The notes under the pieces were generated by a model. The model worked only from the letters and a program-made list of their open reading frames with translations, was not told the origin of the DNA and ran no database searches. A program made the position numbers and the translations under genes. 42,784 nucleotides of DNA from Macrostomum lignano (taxonomy: Eukaryota): NCBI GenBank assembly GCA_002269645.1, contig NIVC01004540.1, positions 1-42,784 of the forward strand, given 5' to 3'. Below, piece by piece: positions 32,955 through 42,784 of this stretch (position 1 is its first letter; every line of letters starts with the position of its first letter).

Positions 32955-33440
32955 TCCAGTTGCTGGGCCAGCCTCCCAAATCCTCAGTTGCTGGGCCAGC
33001 CTCCCAGATCCTCAGTTGCTGGGCCAGCCTCCCAGATCCTCAGTTGCTGGGCCAGCTTCCCTGATCCTCAGTTGCTTCCCAGATCCTCAGTTGCTGGGCC
33101 AGCCTCCCAGATCCCCAGTTGCTGGGCCAGCCTCCCAGATCCTCAGTTGCTGGGCCAGCCTCCCAGATCCTCAGTTGCTGGGCCAGCCTCCCAGATCCTC
33201 AGTTGCTGGGCCAGCCTCCCAGATCCTCAGTTGCTGGGCCAGCCTCCCAAATCCCCAGTTGTTGGGCCAGCCTCCCTGATCCTCAGTTGCTGGGCCAGCC
33301 TCCCAAATCCTCAGTTGCTGGGCCAGCCTCCCAAATCCCCAGTTGTTGGGCCAGCCTCCCAGATCCCCAGTTGCTGGGCCAGCTTCCCAGAGTGTCAGTT
33401 GCTGTACCAGCCTCCCAGATCCCCAGTTGCTGGGCCAGCG
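32955..33440. repeat. Intron 2 minisatellite, 28-bp unit (ctcagttgctgggccagcctcccagatc), about 17 copies
   Basis: Read directly. Confidence 0.92.
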
Positions 33441-33480
33441 CATGCCGCTGCAAGCTGTTATTCCCTCGAATCCCCCGCAG

Positions 33481-34053
33481 GCTGGGCAGGGCCGGCCTGG
33501 CTCTCCCATACTACGTGGGCAGCTCGCTGTCCGCCGCCTCCCTGCCGGACTCGCTGCCGCAGACGGCCTCGCTGTCGTCGGACGCGCCGACCACCACTAC
33601 CTCGGACACGCAGTCGCTGCTGACTGACACCGGCAGCGGCAGTCTCGAGGCCGCCCGCGCCGCCGTCGCCAGTCGGCGGAGAAGGCGGGCCGTAGCAGCA
33701 GCTGCCGCAGCAGCCGCCGTCGCGCCGCCCCAGACGTTGTCGTCCTCAGCGACGGCCGCCTGCGACGCCACTTCGAATCCGCCAGCCTTCGCCAGGCTGC
33801 TGTCCGACAAGCTGCAGCAGCTGCTGCTGCTCGGCCAGGCGGCCGGCTCCACCGGTGGCGGCGACTCCGCGGTTACCCCACCAGCCGCGGCCGCCAAAGC
33901 CGCCGGCTCGCAATCTCCGTCACAGCAGCAGCCGCTGCCCCAGCCGTCGGCTCCCCCGGCGCGCGACCTGCTGAACGAGCCTTGGGCCCGGCGGATCATC
34001 GGCCGGGTGATGCAGAGCAGCTCGTCTGACACGCCTGAGCAGATCTTAGACAG
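33481..34053 (+). CDS. axin: Axin coding exon 3 (PYYV motif, GSK3-binding helix, start of the beta-catenin-binding helix)
   Basis: Acceptor cccgcag|G; LPYYV; NPPAFARLLSDKLQQL; PEQILD; donor AG|GTGAGG. Confidence 0.88.
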
Positions 34054-34089
34054 GTGAGGCTAATGGCTGTCCCGTTAGTGCTGACTGCT

Positions 34090-34722
34090 ACAGGTGTGTG
34101 ATCACTGTCTGGCAGGCGTGTGATCACTGTCTGGCAGGCGTGTGATCACTGTCTGGCAGGTGTGTGATCACTGTCTAACAGGTGTGTGATCACTGTCTGG
34201 CAGGCGTGTGATCACTGTCTGGCAGGTGTGTGATCACTGTCTAACAGGTGTGTGATCACTGTCTGGCAGGTGTGTGATCACTGTCTGGCAGGCGTGTGAT
34301 CACTGTCTGACATGCGTGTGTGATCACTGTCTAACAGGTGTGTGATCACTGTCTGACATGCGTGTGTGATCACTGTCTAACAGGTGTGTGATCACTGTCT
34401 GACATGCGTGTGTGATCACTGTCTAACAGGTGTGTGATCACTGTCTGACATGCGTGTGTGATCACTGTCTAACAGGTGTGTGATCACTGTCTGACATGCG
34501 TGTGTGATCACTGTCTAACAGGTGTGTGATCACTGTCTGACATGCGTGTGTGATCACTGTCTAACAGGTGTGTGATCACTGTCTGACAGGCGTGTGTGAT
34601 CACTGTCTGACATGCGTCTGTGATCACTGTCTGACAGGCGTGTGATCACTGTCTGACAGGCGTGTGATCACTGTCTGACATGCGTGTGTGATCACTGTCT
34701 GACATGCGTGTGTGATCACTGA
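34090..34722. repeat. Intron 3 minisatellite, 22-24-bp units with a palindromic GTGATCAC core
   Basis: Read directly. Confidence 0.92.
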
Positions 34723-34904
34723 CGTGGGGTTTCTGATAGCTGCTGGATTTTTGCCTGAAATTTATATGAAAATGATATTTGTGTGTCAAATTGTTTTCTA
34801 CATTTTTCTACAGCCTACTTGTGAGTAGGCGTATGAGCATATTGCCGATTTGACATCATCAAGTTTTCCTATTGGCTTCAACTTTCTCTACCCGCCCCGT
34901 CCAG

Positions 34905-35469
34905 ACACGTGCACGAAGTCCTTGACCAACGGGCCAGCGCGCCTCACTCGATATCCGATCCGAACCTGCTGGTTTATCACCATCACCATCACCACCACAT
35001 CCTGCGCGGCGGAGGTCGCAGCGGCGGCCGCGGACGCAGCGGCAGCAGTGGCGGCATCGGCGTCGTCGGCAAGCGCAGCGGAGCAGCGGCGCTTGGCGCC
35101 TCCACCAGCTGCAGCTCCTCCGCCGCGACCTCCGCCGCTGTCCCCGGCAGCGCCGCCGCTGCCGTCTCAACAGCTGCGGCCGCGATGGCGGCGGCCCCCT
35201 CAACTGCGGACTCCGGCTTCGGCGGCACCGTCTCCAGCCGGTCCCGCTTCGGCTTTGGGGACGTCGCCTCCGCGGCAGCCGCCACCGCCACCTCCGCTAC
35301 GGCCGTCCCCGGCCGGCAGCTGCACGAGCGGGTGGCTCTGCACGCCTCGTCTCAGGCTGGCGGCATGTCGTTGCCAAGGCAACCGCTGGCCTCCGACTTG
35401 AACATGCCGGTACTCGACCGGCCGCACACCGACAATGTCATTGAGGAGGCCAGGCGGCGCCTGCAGATG
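34905..35469 (+). CDS. axin: Axin coding exon 4
   Basis: Acceptor cgtccag|A completes ILD-R-HVHEV (the Axin ILDxHV motif); contains IEEARRRL; donor ATG|GTGAGC, phase 0. Confidence 0.88.
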
Positions 35470-35475
35470 GTGAGC

Positions 35476-36060
35476 CTCTGACACACTTGCAGCACTGCTC
35501 TGACACACTTGCAGCACTGCTCTGACACACTTGCAACACTGCTCTGACACACTTGCAGCACTGCTCTGACACACTTCCAACACTGCTCTGACACACTTGC
35601 AACACTGCTCTGACACACTTGCAGCACTGCTCTGACACACTTGCAACACTGCTCTGACACACTTCAAACCCAAGCACTGACACACTTGCAACCCAAGCAC
35701 TGACGCACTGACACACTTGCAACCCAAGCACTGACACACTTGCAACCCAAGCACTGAAACACTTGCAACCCAAGCACTGACACACTTGCAACCCAAGCAC
35801 TGACACACTTGCAACCCAAGCACTGACACTATTGCAACCCAAGCACTGACACACTTGCAACCCAAGCACTGAAACACTTGCAACCCAAGCACTGACACAC
35901 TTCCAACCCAAGCACTGACACACTTGCAACCCAAGCACTGACACTATTGCAACCCAAGCACTGACACACTTCCAACCCAAGCACTGACACACTTCCAACC
36001 CAAGCACTGACACACTTGCAACCCAAGCACTGACACACTTCCAACCCAAGCACTGACACA
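35476..36060. repeat. Intron 4 compound minisatellite: a 22-bp unit (ctctgacacacttgcagcactg) switching to a 23-bp unit (ctgacacacttgcaacccaagca)
   Basis: Read directly. Confidence 0.92.
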
Positions 36061-36158
36061 TCTATAATAAAAGCCTGACGCATTTCCAATGCATAGCTGG
36101 CGTATGCCCGACAGACCTCGGGCACATGTCTGTCTGTGCTGCTCTATCAAACCTGCAG

Positions 36159-36467
36159 CCGCTGGTCCCCCACCGCCGCTTCCAGATGGCGCCACCCTCT
36201 CAGCAGACTCCGCAGCCGCCTCAGCAGCAGCCGCAGGCGCAGCTGACCGTCGGGTATTTCTTCTGCGGCGACTCGGTGCCGTTCCGTCACGACTGGCCGC
36301 AGCCGGAGATCAGCCTGGCGCAGTTCAAGCGCCTGCTGCCCAAGCGCGGCGCCTACCGCTACTTTTTCAAGAAGCGCTCCGACGAATTCGAAGAGGTGAC
36401 GGCGGATGGCGACCTGCTGCCCCTGTGGGAGGGCAAGGTGGTGGGCAAAGTGGAGCGCGTGGAGTGA
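36159..36467 (+). CDS. axin: Axin coding exon 5, DIX domain and stop codon
   Basis: Acceptor acctgcag|CCG; TVGYFFCGDSVPF...YRYFFKKRSDEF...LPLWEGKVVGKVERVE*; the five exons sum to 2109 nt (702 aa plus stop). Confidence 0.93.
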   Translation, partial: PLVPHRRFQMAPPSQQTPQPPQQQPQAQLTVGYFFCGDSVPFRHDWPQPEISLAQFKRLLPKRGAYRYFFKKRSDEFEEVTADGDLLPLWEGKVVGKVERVE

Positions 36468-36639
36468 CTGCCTGTCATTTCCTCTGTACTTTATCACATG
36501 TAGCTTGTGCTTGTGGGGCTGCTCATTTTTATCTCCACAGTCCCCCATAGTCCTCCATAATCCCCTATAGTACTCCGTTATTCTCCGTAATCTTCTGTCC
36601 TTTATAACCCTAACCATGACCCTATTCTGCCAGGAGTAT

Positions 36640-36792
36640 GAACACTAGTTTGTCAGGAGTACATTTATGCCCACTAATCTGTCAAAAGTCAGGAGTATGC
36701 CCCCCAATATGTCAGCAGTAGCTGCAGTATGACCCCTAATCTGTCAGGAGTATGCCCCTAATCTGTCAGGAGTATTCCCCTAATCTGTCAGC
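36640..36792. repeat. Degenerate ~23-bp repeat (ctaatctgtcaggagtatgcccc) downstream of Axin
   Basis: About 5-6 degenerate units. Confidence 0.7.
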
Positions 36793-37589
36793 ATGGTCCC
36801 TATCGGCCATAAAGCTGTTTCGCGGTGGATTTCGCAATCCCAGGCTGCAGCCGAAGCGGTCTTAATTGTTCTGCAGGGAGGCTTCGCTGCAGTTTTCTCT
36901 GTTAATCTTTTAGCATACAATTGTATGTTGCGTTTCTACTGTAATTTCGCTTTTTAAATAAGAAATCTACGCTCGTATATGCATAGAGTAGTGAGCATTT
37001 TATCAGTTTGTTTTTAGAATAAAACAAAGATCGCTCTTTGTTTCAATAACTGTGCAATCTTTGTCCTTGACGCGTCGGTTTGCTGGCCAAATAAAAAATA
37101 GAGAAGGTCAGCGCCTTTTCTCTGTGCCTTCTGTCTGCTGCCAAGGAGCTCTGCACGTTTGCGGGCCGAGCGGCTCTCGCTTCCCCACGGCTGTTTCGAA
37201 TCTGGGGAATTCTTGCAAATTGTTTTGTTTAGCTTGGACTTTCGTGTTCTGCACGCAGATCTCTCGCGAGTCTGTTCGAACAGCAAGAGTTGCTAGGCAG
37301 GCCTGCTCAATCGGATCTTTGCGAACGCCACTCGTAGATCGAGTTTGCGTTTTTTCATCAAATTTGTGAATCGGAATTTTGTTATAATTTTTAGTGTCTT
37401 TTTGTTAATCTGCAGTATCCACTGCAGTATCTCAGCGACTGCTCTCGCATGCAAACCGCCTCCTCTGCTTCTTAATCTGTCACAGCCCTGCTTGCTCGCC
37501 TGTCAAACTTTACCTCCTCGCCTGTAGATTTTGCCTCTGCCTGCTGCTGCACTTCTGCTTTGGGAGGCAGCTTTTAACTTTGCTGTGCT

Positions 37590-38480
37590 TCTTGTGTCCC
37601 CTGTGTCCTGTCCACTGCGTCCTGTCCTCTGTGTCCACTGTGTCCTGTCCACTGCGTCCTGTCCTCTGTGTCCACTGTGTCCTGTCCACTGCGTCCTGTT
37701 CTCTGGATCCACTGTGTCCTGCCCACTGCGTCCTGTTCTCTGGATCCACTGTGTCCTGTCCACTGCGTCCTGTTCTCTGGTCCACTGTGTCCTGCCCACT
37801 GCGTCCTGTTCTCTGGATCCACTGTGTCCTGCCACTGCGTCCTGTTCTCTGGATCCACTGTGTCCTGTCCACTGCGTCCTGTTCTCTGGATCCACTGTGT
37901 CCTGTCCACTGCGTCCTGTTCTCTGGATCCACTGTGTCCTGCCCACTGCGTCCTGTTCTCTGGATCCACTGTGTCCTGCCCACTGCGTCCTGTTCTCTGG
38001 ATCCACTGTGTCCTGTCCACTGCGTCCTGTTCTCTGGATCCACTGTGTCCTGCCACTGCGTCCTGTTCTCTGGATCCACTGTGTCCTGCCCACTGCGTCC
38101 TGTTCTCTGGATCCACTGTGTCCTGCCCACTGCGTCCTGTTCTCTGGATCCACTGTGTCCTGTCCACTGCGTCCTGTCCGCTGTGTCCACTGCGTCCTGT
38201 TTTCTGTGTCTACTGTGTCCGGTGTCCTGCCCATTGTATTCACTGTGTCCTGGTGTCCTGTCCACTGCGTCCTGTCCACTGTGTCCTGGTGTCCTGTCCA
38301 CTGCTTCCTGTCCACTTTGTCCTGCCCATTGTGTCCACAGGGTCCACTGTGTCCACCTGTGTCTACTGTGTCTGCCCACTGTGTCCACAGGGTCCACTGT
38401 GTCCACCTGTGTCTACTGTGTGCTGCCCACTGTGTCCACAGGGTCCACTGTGTCTACTGTGTGCTGCCCACTGTGTGCTG
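37590..38480. repeat. Minisatellite with ~37-bp unit (ccactgcgtcctgttctctggatccactgtgtcctg) and degenerate flanks
   Basis: Read directly; produces long ORFs in several frames. Confidence 0.92.
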
Positions 38481-40879
38481 CACTCCCTCTGATTCCCCAC
38501 CTTGAGCTCGCGTTTGCACAAAGCTTTTTCGTTTACCTCGATGAAGATCTGGCAGTGCCTGGCGAATGGCCAGACCAGTGCCGGTTGCTGGCACCATCTC
38601 AACTTGAAGCTGCTGTACCAGCGAATATTCTCAGCTTATAATAGCATTTTAACGGCGTAATAAATTATTAAAGATGATAACTTAAATTCTTCTGCGCTGC
38701 CTTGTGTGAATATGTTGTAGTGCTATATGATCTAAAAAAAATTATCATTAGATAAATATATGCTTATTCCACAGATGCCGCGGGTCTCTGTGCTCAGTCT
38801 TTTGCAAAAATGGATCAATTCCATGCATGCACTACATCTTAGACTGATTTCATCACCTTAGATTTATACAAGGTCGAAGGACCACTACAACATGCGTTGT
38901 ATCGATACAACGGTAACTTTTAGTGGTCCTTGGATTTACATGTATATCGTTAAGAAATTAACGATAGTAACTTGAAAAGTCAAAACCTACGTTTCATTTT
39001 ATTCAGAAACTTTTATTCCTTTCTTTGATGCCTCCCAATGGGGATTGCTAGTAGGAATCTAATGAATGAGAGATAAAGCGTATCGGAGCTGACTGCATTA
39101 AGTAATATATGTGAGAAGTCTATAGACAGTTACATAAATGTTTGGGAAGTAGTGCAACCAGATATTTGGGGCGGATCCCAAAGAACCAAAGGGCGAGAAT
39201 TATCCGAGTCTCTGCCGATGGGTTAGGGTTAGGATTAAGTCAGACTCACTGCGTGTCGCTTTATTCGTCACGACAGTTGTAAGACTATTGAAGACCAATT
39301 CGCAAAGGCATGGATATTCTTGAACACAGCCTGTGTCCAATGAAAGTTGCAACCGCGCGGACGACCCGAATTTCGGGAAGCACTTAAGGTGCTGCCTTCC
39401 ATGCTGCAGCCTTCCATACTGCAGCCGGTCAAGCAGATGCACATCAAAAAAGTGAGCTCAGCCTGTAAGCGGAGGCCTTGTGCAGCTTCAGTCACAACAG
39501 ATCGCTTGACAGCCGGGGCATCCCGCTCTTCTGCTAACCGATTCCCGTTTTCCTGAAGGTGCTTTTCTCGTACATCGACATTTTCTCCTCTCCTCTCTAT
39601 GACGTCGCTTTGCCCCGCAACTTTTCTACAATGCACTCTTAGCACCACGCTTGGCCATGTCGTACAGTATAGTGAAATGGAGAGATGACTATGATGACTG
39701 TGCCGACGCAAGACAAAGATTTGGTACCGCCAAAGGTAATCAATTGTCAAGTCTGACAACAGCTGCGGCAACGATCGAAATTAGGCAAGTCACAATAGAG
39801 TATTCGATCCATGTGACTTTATTCTATTGCACAATAGATTATTCCAAAGCCATGCACTGTCGTCCGGACATGCATCGAAAATGAATGTTGTTATCTGCCA
39901 GTCATCAAATAGCAATTCAAGAGCACTGACAGCAAAATTAAGTTTATAATCGTCGAGCAGATTTATGTTGAATCGAAGACCGCTGGTGCAGCTGTTGAGT
40001 TAGAAAGCACTGATCCAGATGCTAACTTGAATAGCATTGATGAAGATGTTGACTGTTGAGTCGAAGAGAACTGCTCCATTTTGAGTCAAAGACCGCGCTA
40101 AGACAAGCGTTTAGTCGAAGGGCACCGATACAGATGGTACATGTAAGTCCAGGTGAAAACCAGGATCAAGATGACTGGGTATGCTGACGTCTGGCATTGA
40201 AGCAAGCTTAACGTTGCCTTGACATGCTAATGCTAGAATAGCCTTAGGTGGTGCACAGAAGTCTTGTCATTAACTTTAGGTAGACACAAAGGAAAAAATA
40301 TTGCCCGGGCCCTTTTCTATCTCATCCACAGAACTGTGGTGAAAACTGATTCTGTTCTGTGGTGCGTGCTCTAGCCGATTCACTTAAGATCACGTTGAGG
40401 TAAGTTCACAAAATCTATTTAAAGCGAGACTGTATATTTCATAATTAAATATTGAGACATTTCACCCTAATTCGTGGTGCAGCTGTCTCGAATACGTACA
40501 TGTAACTTGACTGTTGGGATCATGCAGCAATGTACACATGTTTCTGCATTATCGCGGGCACAACGGTTTTAACGACAGGCCAGAGCTCATGCAGTTCCTT
40601 TCGTCGATGCCCTGCGGTCCGTGACTGCCAGCGCCTGGCCCTGCAGCCTGACTCGACGTCCCGCAACTGCGAAGATGACAACTGCGAGGCTGCCATCACA
40701 GCAGCCTGCGCCCCACCGGTGCCGGAGACTGCATGACTATACCGGCCGAAGCGGGTCCAATCGAACTCAAGCAGTTTTGCAAGCCAGGCACCACAGCAGC
40801 AGCTGCTCCAAGAAAAGCTGGGCTCGCGGCAGGGCAAGCAATGATGCCGCCTCGCTGAGTACGTTGGCGGTATGTGCTA

Positions 40880-41275
40880 AAGCGAAGCGAGTTCTTCACT
40901 GTCAGCTGTGCAACTCTTTGCTTACAGTACATCCACACCAGCAGGGGTTCACATCCAGCACAAGACCTGCTCGCATGCTTTCCACGGGTTAGCTGCGCCC
41001 TCGCCGGTGGCGTTTATTGCATTTATGAAGATGGAGGCCGCGTTCACAGCCCTGACACCCGACTTCTGCATAATCCAGCCAAGTGTAGCAGCTCGGTTAG
41101 TGGAACACCTCCCGGGCACAATAGTAGCTCCCATATCCTGCAAATTAAGTGCAATCGTTCCGGCACTAATGAGGACATTGCCTTCACCGAGGTCCTGGAA
41201 CCGATTCTTGGGGGCGCAATATGTTCCATCAAGCTGTTTTTGGGTGCGGCGGCCGCCCCCCGCCCCCTCCTAAAT
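40880..41275 (+). pseudogene. Possible decayed PHD-finger fragment (LINE ORF1-like)
   Basis: HCQLC...IQHKTCSHAFH..C...FC spacing, spread across three frames. Confidence 0.3.
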
Positions 41276-41671
41276 AATATTCGGCCCTGGTTCAGTGCAA
41301 GCGACTAGGGGGGGGGGGCTAACTAATAGGTTATTCGACACAACTCAAACTCAACTTCTCGTTCATAGTTTATTAGTTCGTTTCCTATTATAGTGTTATC
41401 TGTTATGTTTTGTCATAAATGAATTTTTGCACGAATTCGAGTTTAGCGAACGATTCTTCGAATCGTTCTTCGTATGCTGCTGTTGTACGATACGACTTGA
41501 CATGCAGGGATTCCCCGAGCGATATTCAAGATCGATATTCGGAAATAACAAAAATCTTTGCTTTTAAAGCACCAAACGCTATGATTTTTTACAGAAAAAA
41601 CATCACCCACGAGATAAACCGACTTGAAAAAAATTACGGCTACAGATAGAAAGGATTTTTTACAATTTGCA

Positions 41672-41891
41672 AAAAACTGATGTTCCTATCTCCACAATGC
41701 ATTAGATTGATATTCGATTTCGAGTACTTCTGCTTGCTCTCTTCTGTCGCTGAAAATTGACATGCAGGACTTCACCCAGACACTAAGCGATTATCATAAC
41801 TCAAACCGAACTCAAAGCTTCATGCTCGAGAACTATTCGAGAAAAACTGATGTTCCTATCTCCACAATGCATTAGATTGATATTCGATTTC
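41672..41891. repeat. 50-bp direct repeat, two copies 170 bp apart
   Basis: aaaaactgatgttcctatctccacaatgcattagattgatattcgatttc at 41672 and 41842. Confidence 0.85.
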
Positions 41892-42784
41892 TACCCACTA
41901 CCCACGCCATGCCCATGCCCACACATGCATGGTTGCTAAAGTTGTATAAAATATTTTTAGGCCCCTATACTTAAAATTTCTTGTGAATGTTTAATCTAGA
42001 CTAGGCCTAGTTGTATTAACAAGGAAAATATTTTATTGCCAAAGTAGCAACACCCTTCTCCAATTGATTGAGCTAGGCCTAGCTTTGAGAGCACTGCCAC
42101 TACTTAGTACTAGGGCCTAGTGCAGTTGGCAATCTTCTAGTTTACTGCATTAAATTATTTTCACAATTTTCACAAAATTTGCAAACCCTTCTGCCCATCA
42201 TCCAGTGGTATGTCTTCCTGACATAAGAATATTGACTGACAGAGACAGATGGCAGGCCTACAACTACAACTACAATGGCTTTTAGAATTATGGTTAGACC
42301 TATCAATCACTGACTGTGACTGACTCCATTTCATAGACTCCCACGACCCAACCATCCACATTTCATACAAATACCACTAAGAGGTCATGGCCTCATGGGC
42401 AAGCATCAAGGCTTAAATTCAGGCAAAGCATGGTAGATAGCACTAGCAATGGTGTAAGACCAAGATGGCCACACACCAAGATGGCCACAGCTGGGTGGGG
42501 TCACGGAAAATGACAACTGGTTTTCTATTAGATAGCTTTGGGTAGGGAGATGTGGGGTTGCAATGGGGGGTTTAGACAGACAGTCAAAATTTTATTAGTA
42601 TATTGCAAGGCTAAAGACAAAAATGGTTACGAGTCTTAATTTCCTACTTATAGTAGGCCCCTAAGAGTTGTAAACATATTTCGTATTAAACAAATCTCTT
42701 CTTCATATAAATGTGGTGTAGCTTTTTCCATTTATCTTATTGGTCGAGACTAATTTACTTGTTTAAAGGGATAAAAACTGCATA

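Noticed and set aside
34814-34826. Apparent 7-nt micro-exon in Axin intron 3 (tttctacag|CCTACTT|gtgagt)
   Set aside because: Inclusion would shift the frame and break the ILDxHV motif that direct splicing of 34053 to 34905 restores; it cannot be supported without RNA data
31395-38641. Long ORFs such as (FLKDWLL)n, (NPSGTIA)n and the Cys-rich VSCPLRPVL repeats
   Set aside because: They are translations of stop-free minisatellites, open in several frames and lying inside introns or intergenic DNA
39200-39442. Minus-strand ORF with EYPCLCELVFNSLTTVVTNKA...LTHRQRLG, vaguely like an hAT dimerisation domain
   Set aside because: Similarity is too weak; no TIRs or other transposase motifs were found nearby
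41448-41468. Perfect 9-bp hairpin GAACGATTC-TTC-GAATCGTTC, considered as a Helitron 3' end
   Set aside because: No CTRR terminus at the expected distance and no matching 5' TC end identified
41672-41721. Resemblance of the 50-bp direct repeat to part of the TIR element (aaaaactgat...tcctatct)
   Set aside because: Only about 25-30 bp of patchy identity, with no termini or TSD

Overview
Eukaryotic (metazoan) genomic DNA. TTAGGG-type repeats, GC/Ala-rich exons and minisatellite-filled introns suggest a flatworm such as Macrostomum, but this is inference only. Bases ~3.1-29.3 kb form a cluster of young, nested Ty3/Gypsy LTR retrotransposons. (1) A 199-bp solo LTR. (2) Element A (+, 3365-23610), with frameshifted gag-pol. 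(3) Inside A, a long-TIR non-autonomous DNA transposon (10797-12664) that itself carries a solo LTR of family B. (4) Also inside A, a nearly intact element B (-, 12694-22835). (5) A non-autonomous element C (+, 24292-29339) carrying an extra ORF. Downstream is a five-coding-exon Axin gene (31621-36467; RGS, GSK3-binding, beta-catenin-binding and DIX regions), with a different minisatellite in each intron. The most unusual signals are in the non-coding parts of the retrotransposons. The 3' UTR of element B holds 3-4 antisense Tudor-domain-like islands (WFRG...FIDFGNxExV / FIDYGN) next to an array of 16 small hairpins with conserved stems and variable loops. Histone-mRNA-type 3' stem-loops occur near both ends of every B LTR and again in tandem inside the unrelated element C. 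Together these suggest, but do not prove, retrotransposon modules that interact with host piRNA (Tudor) and histone-mRNA (SLBP) machinery.
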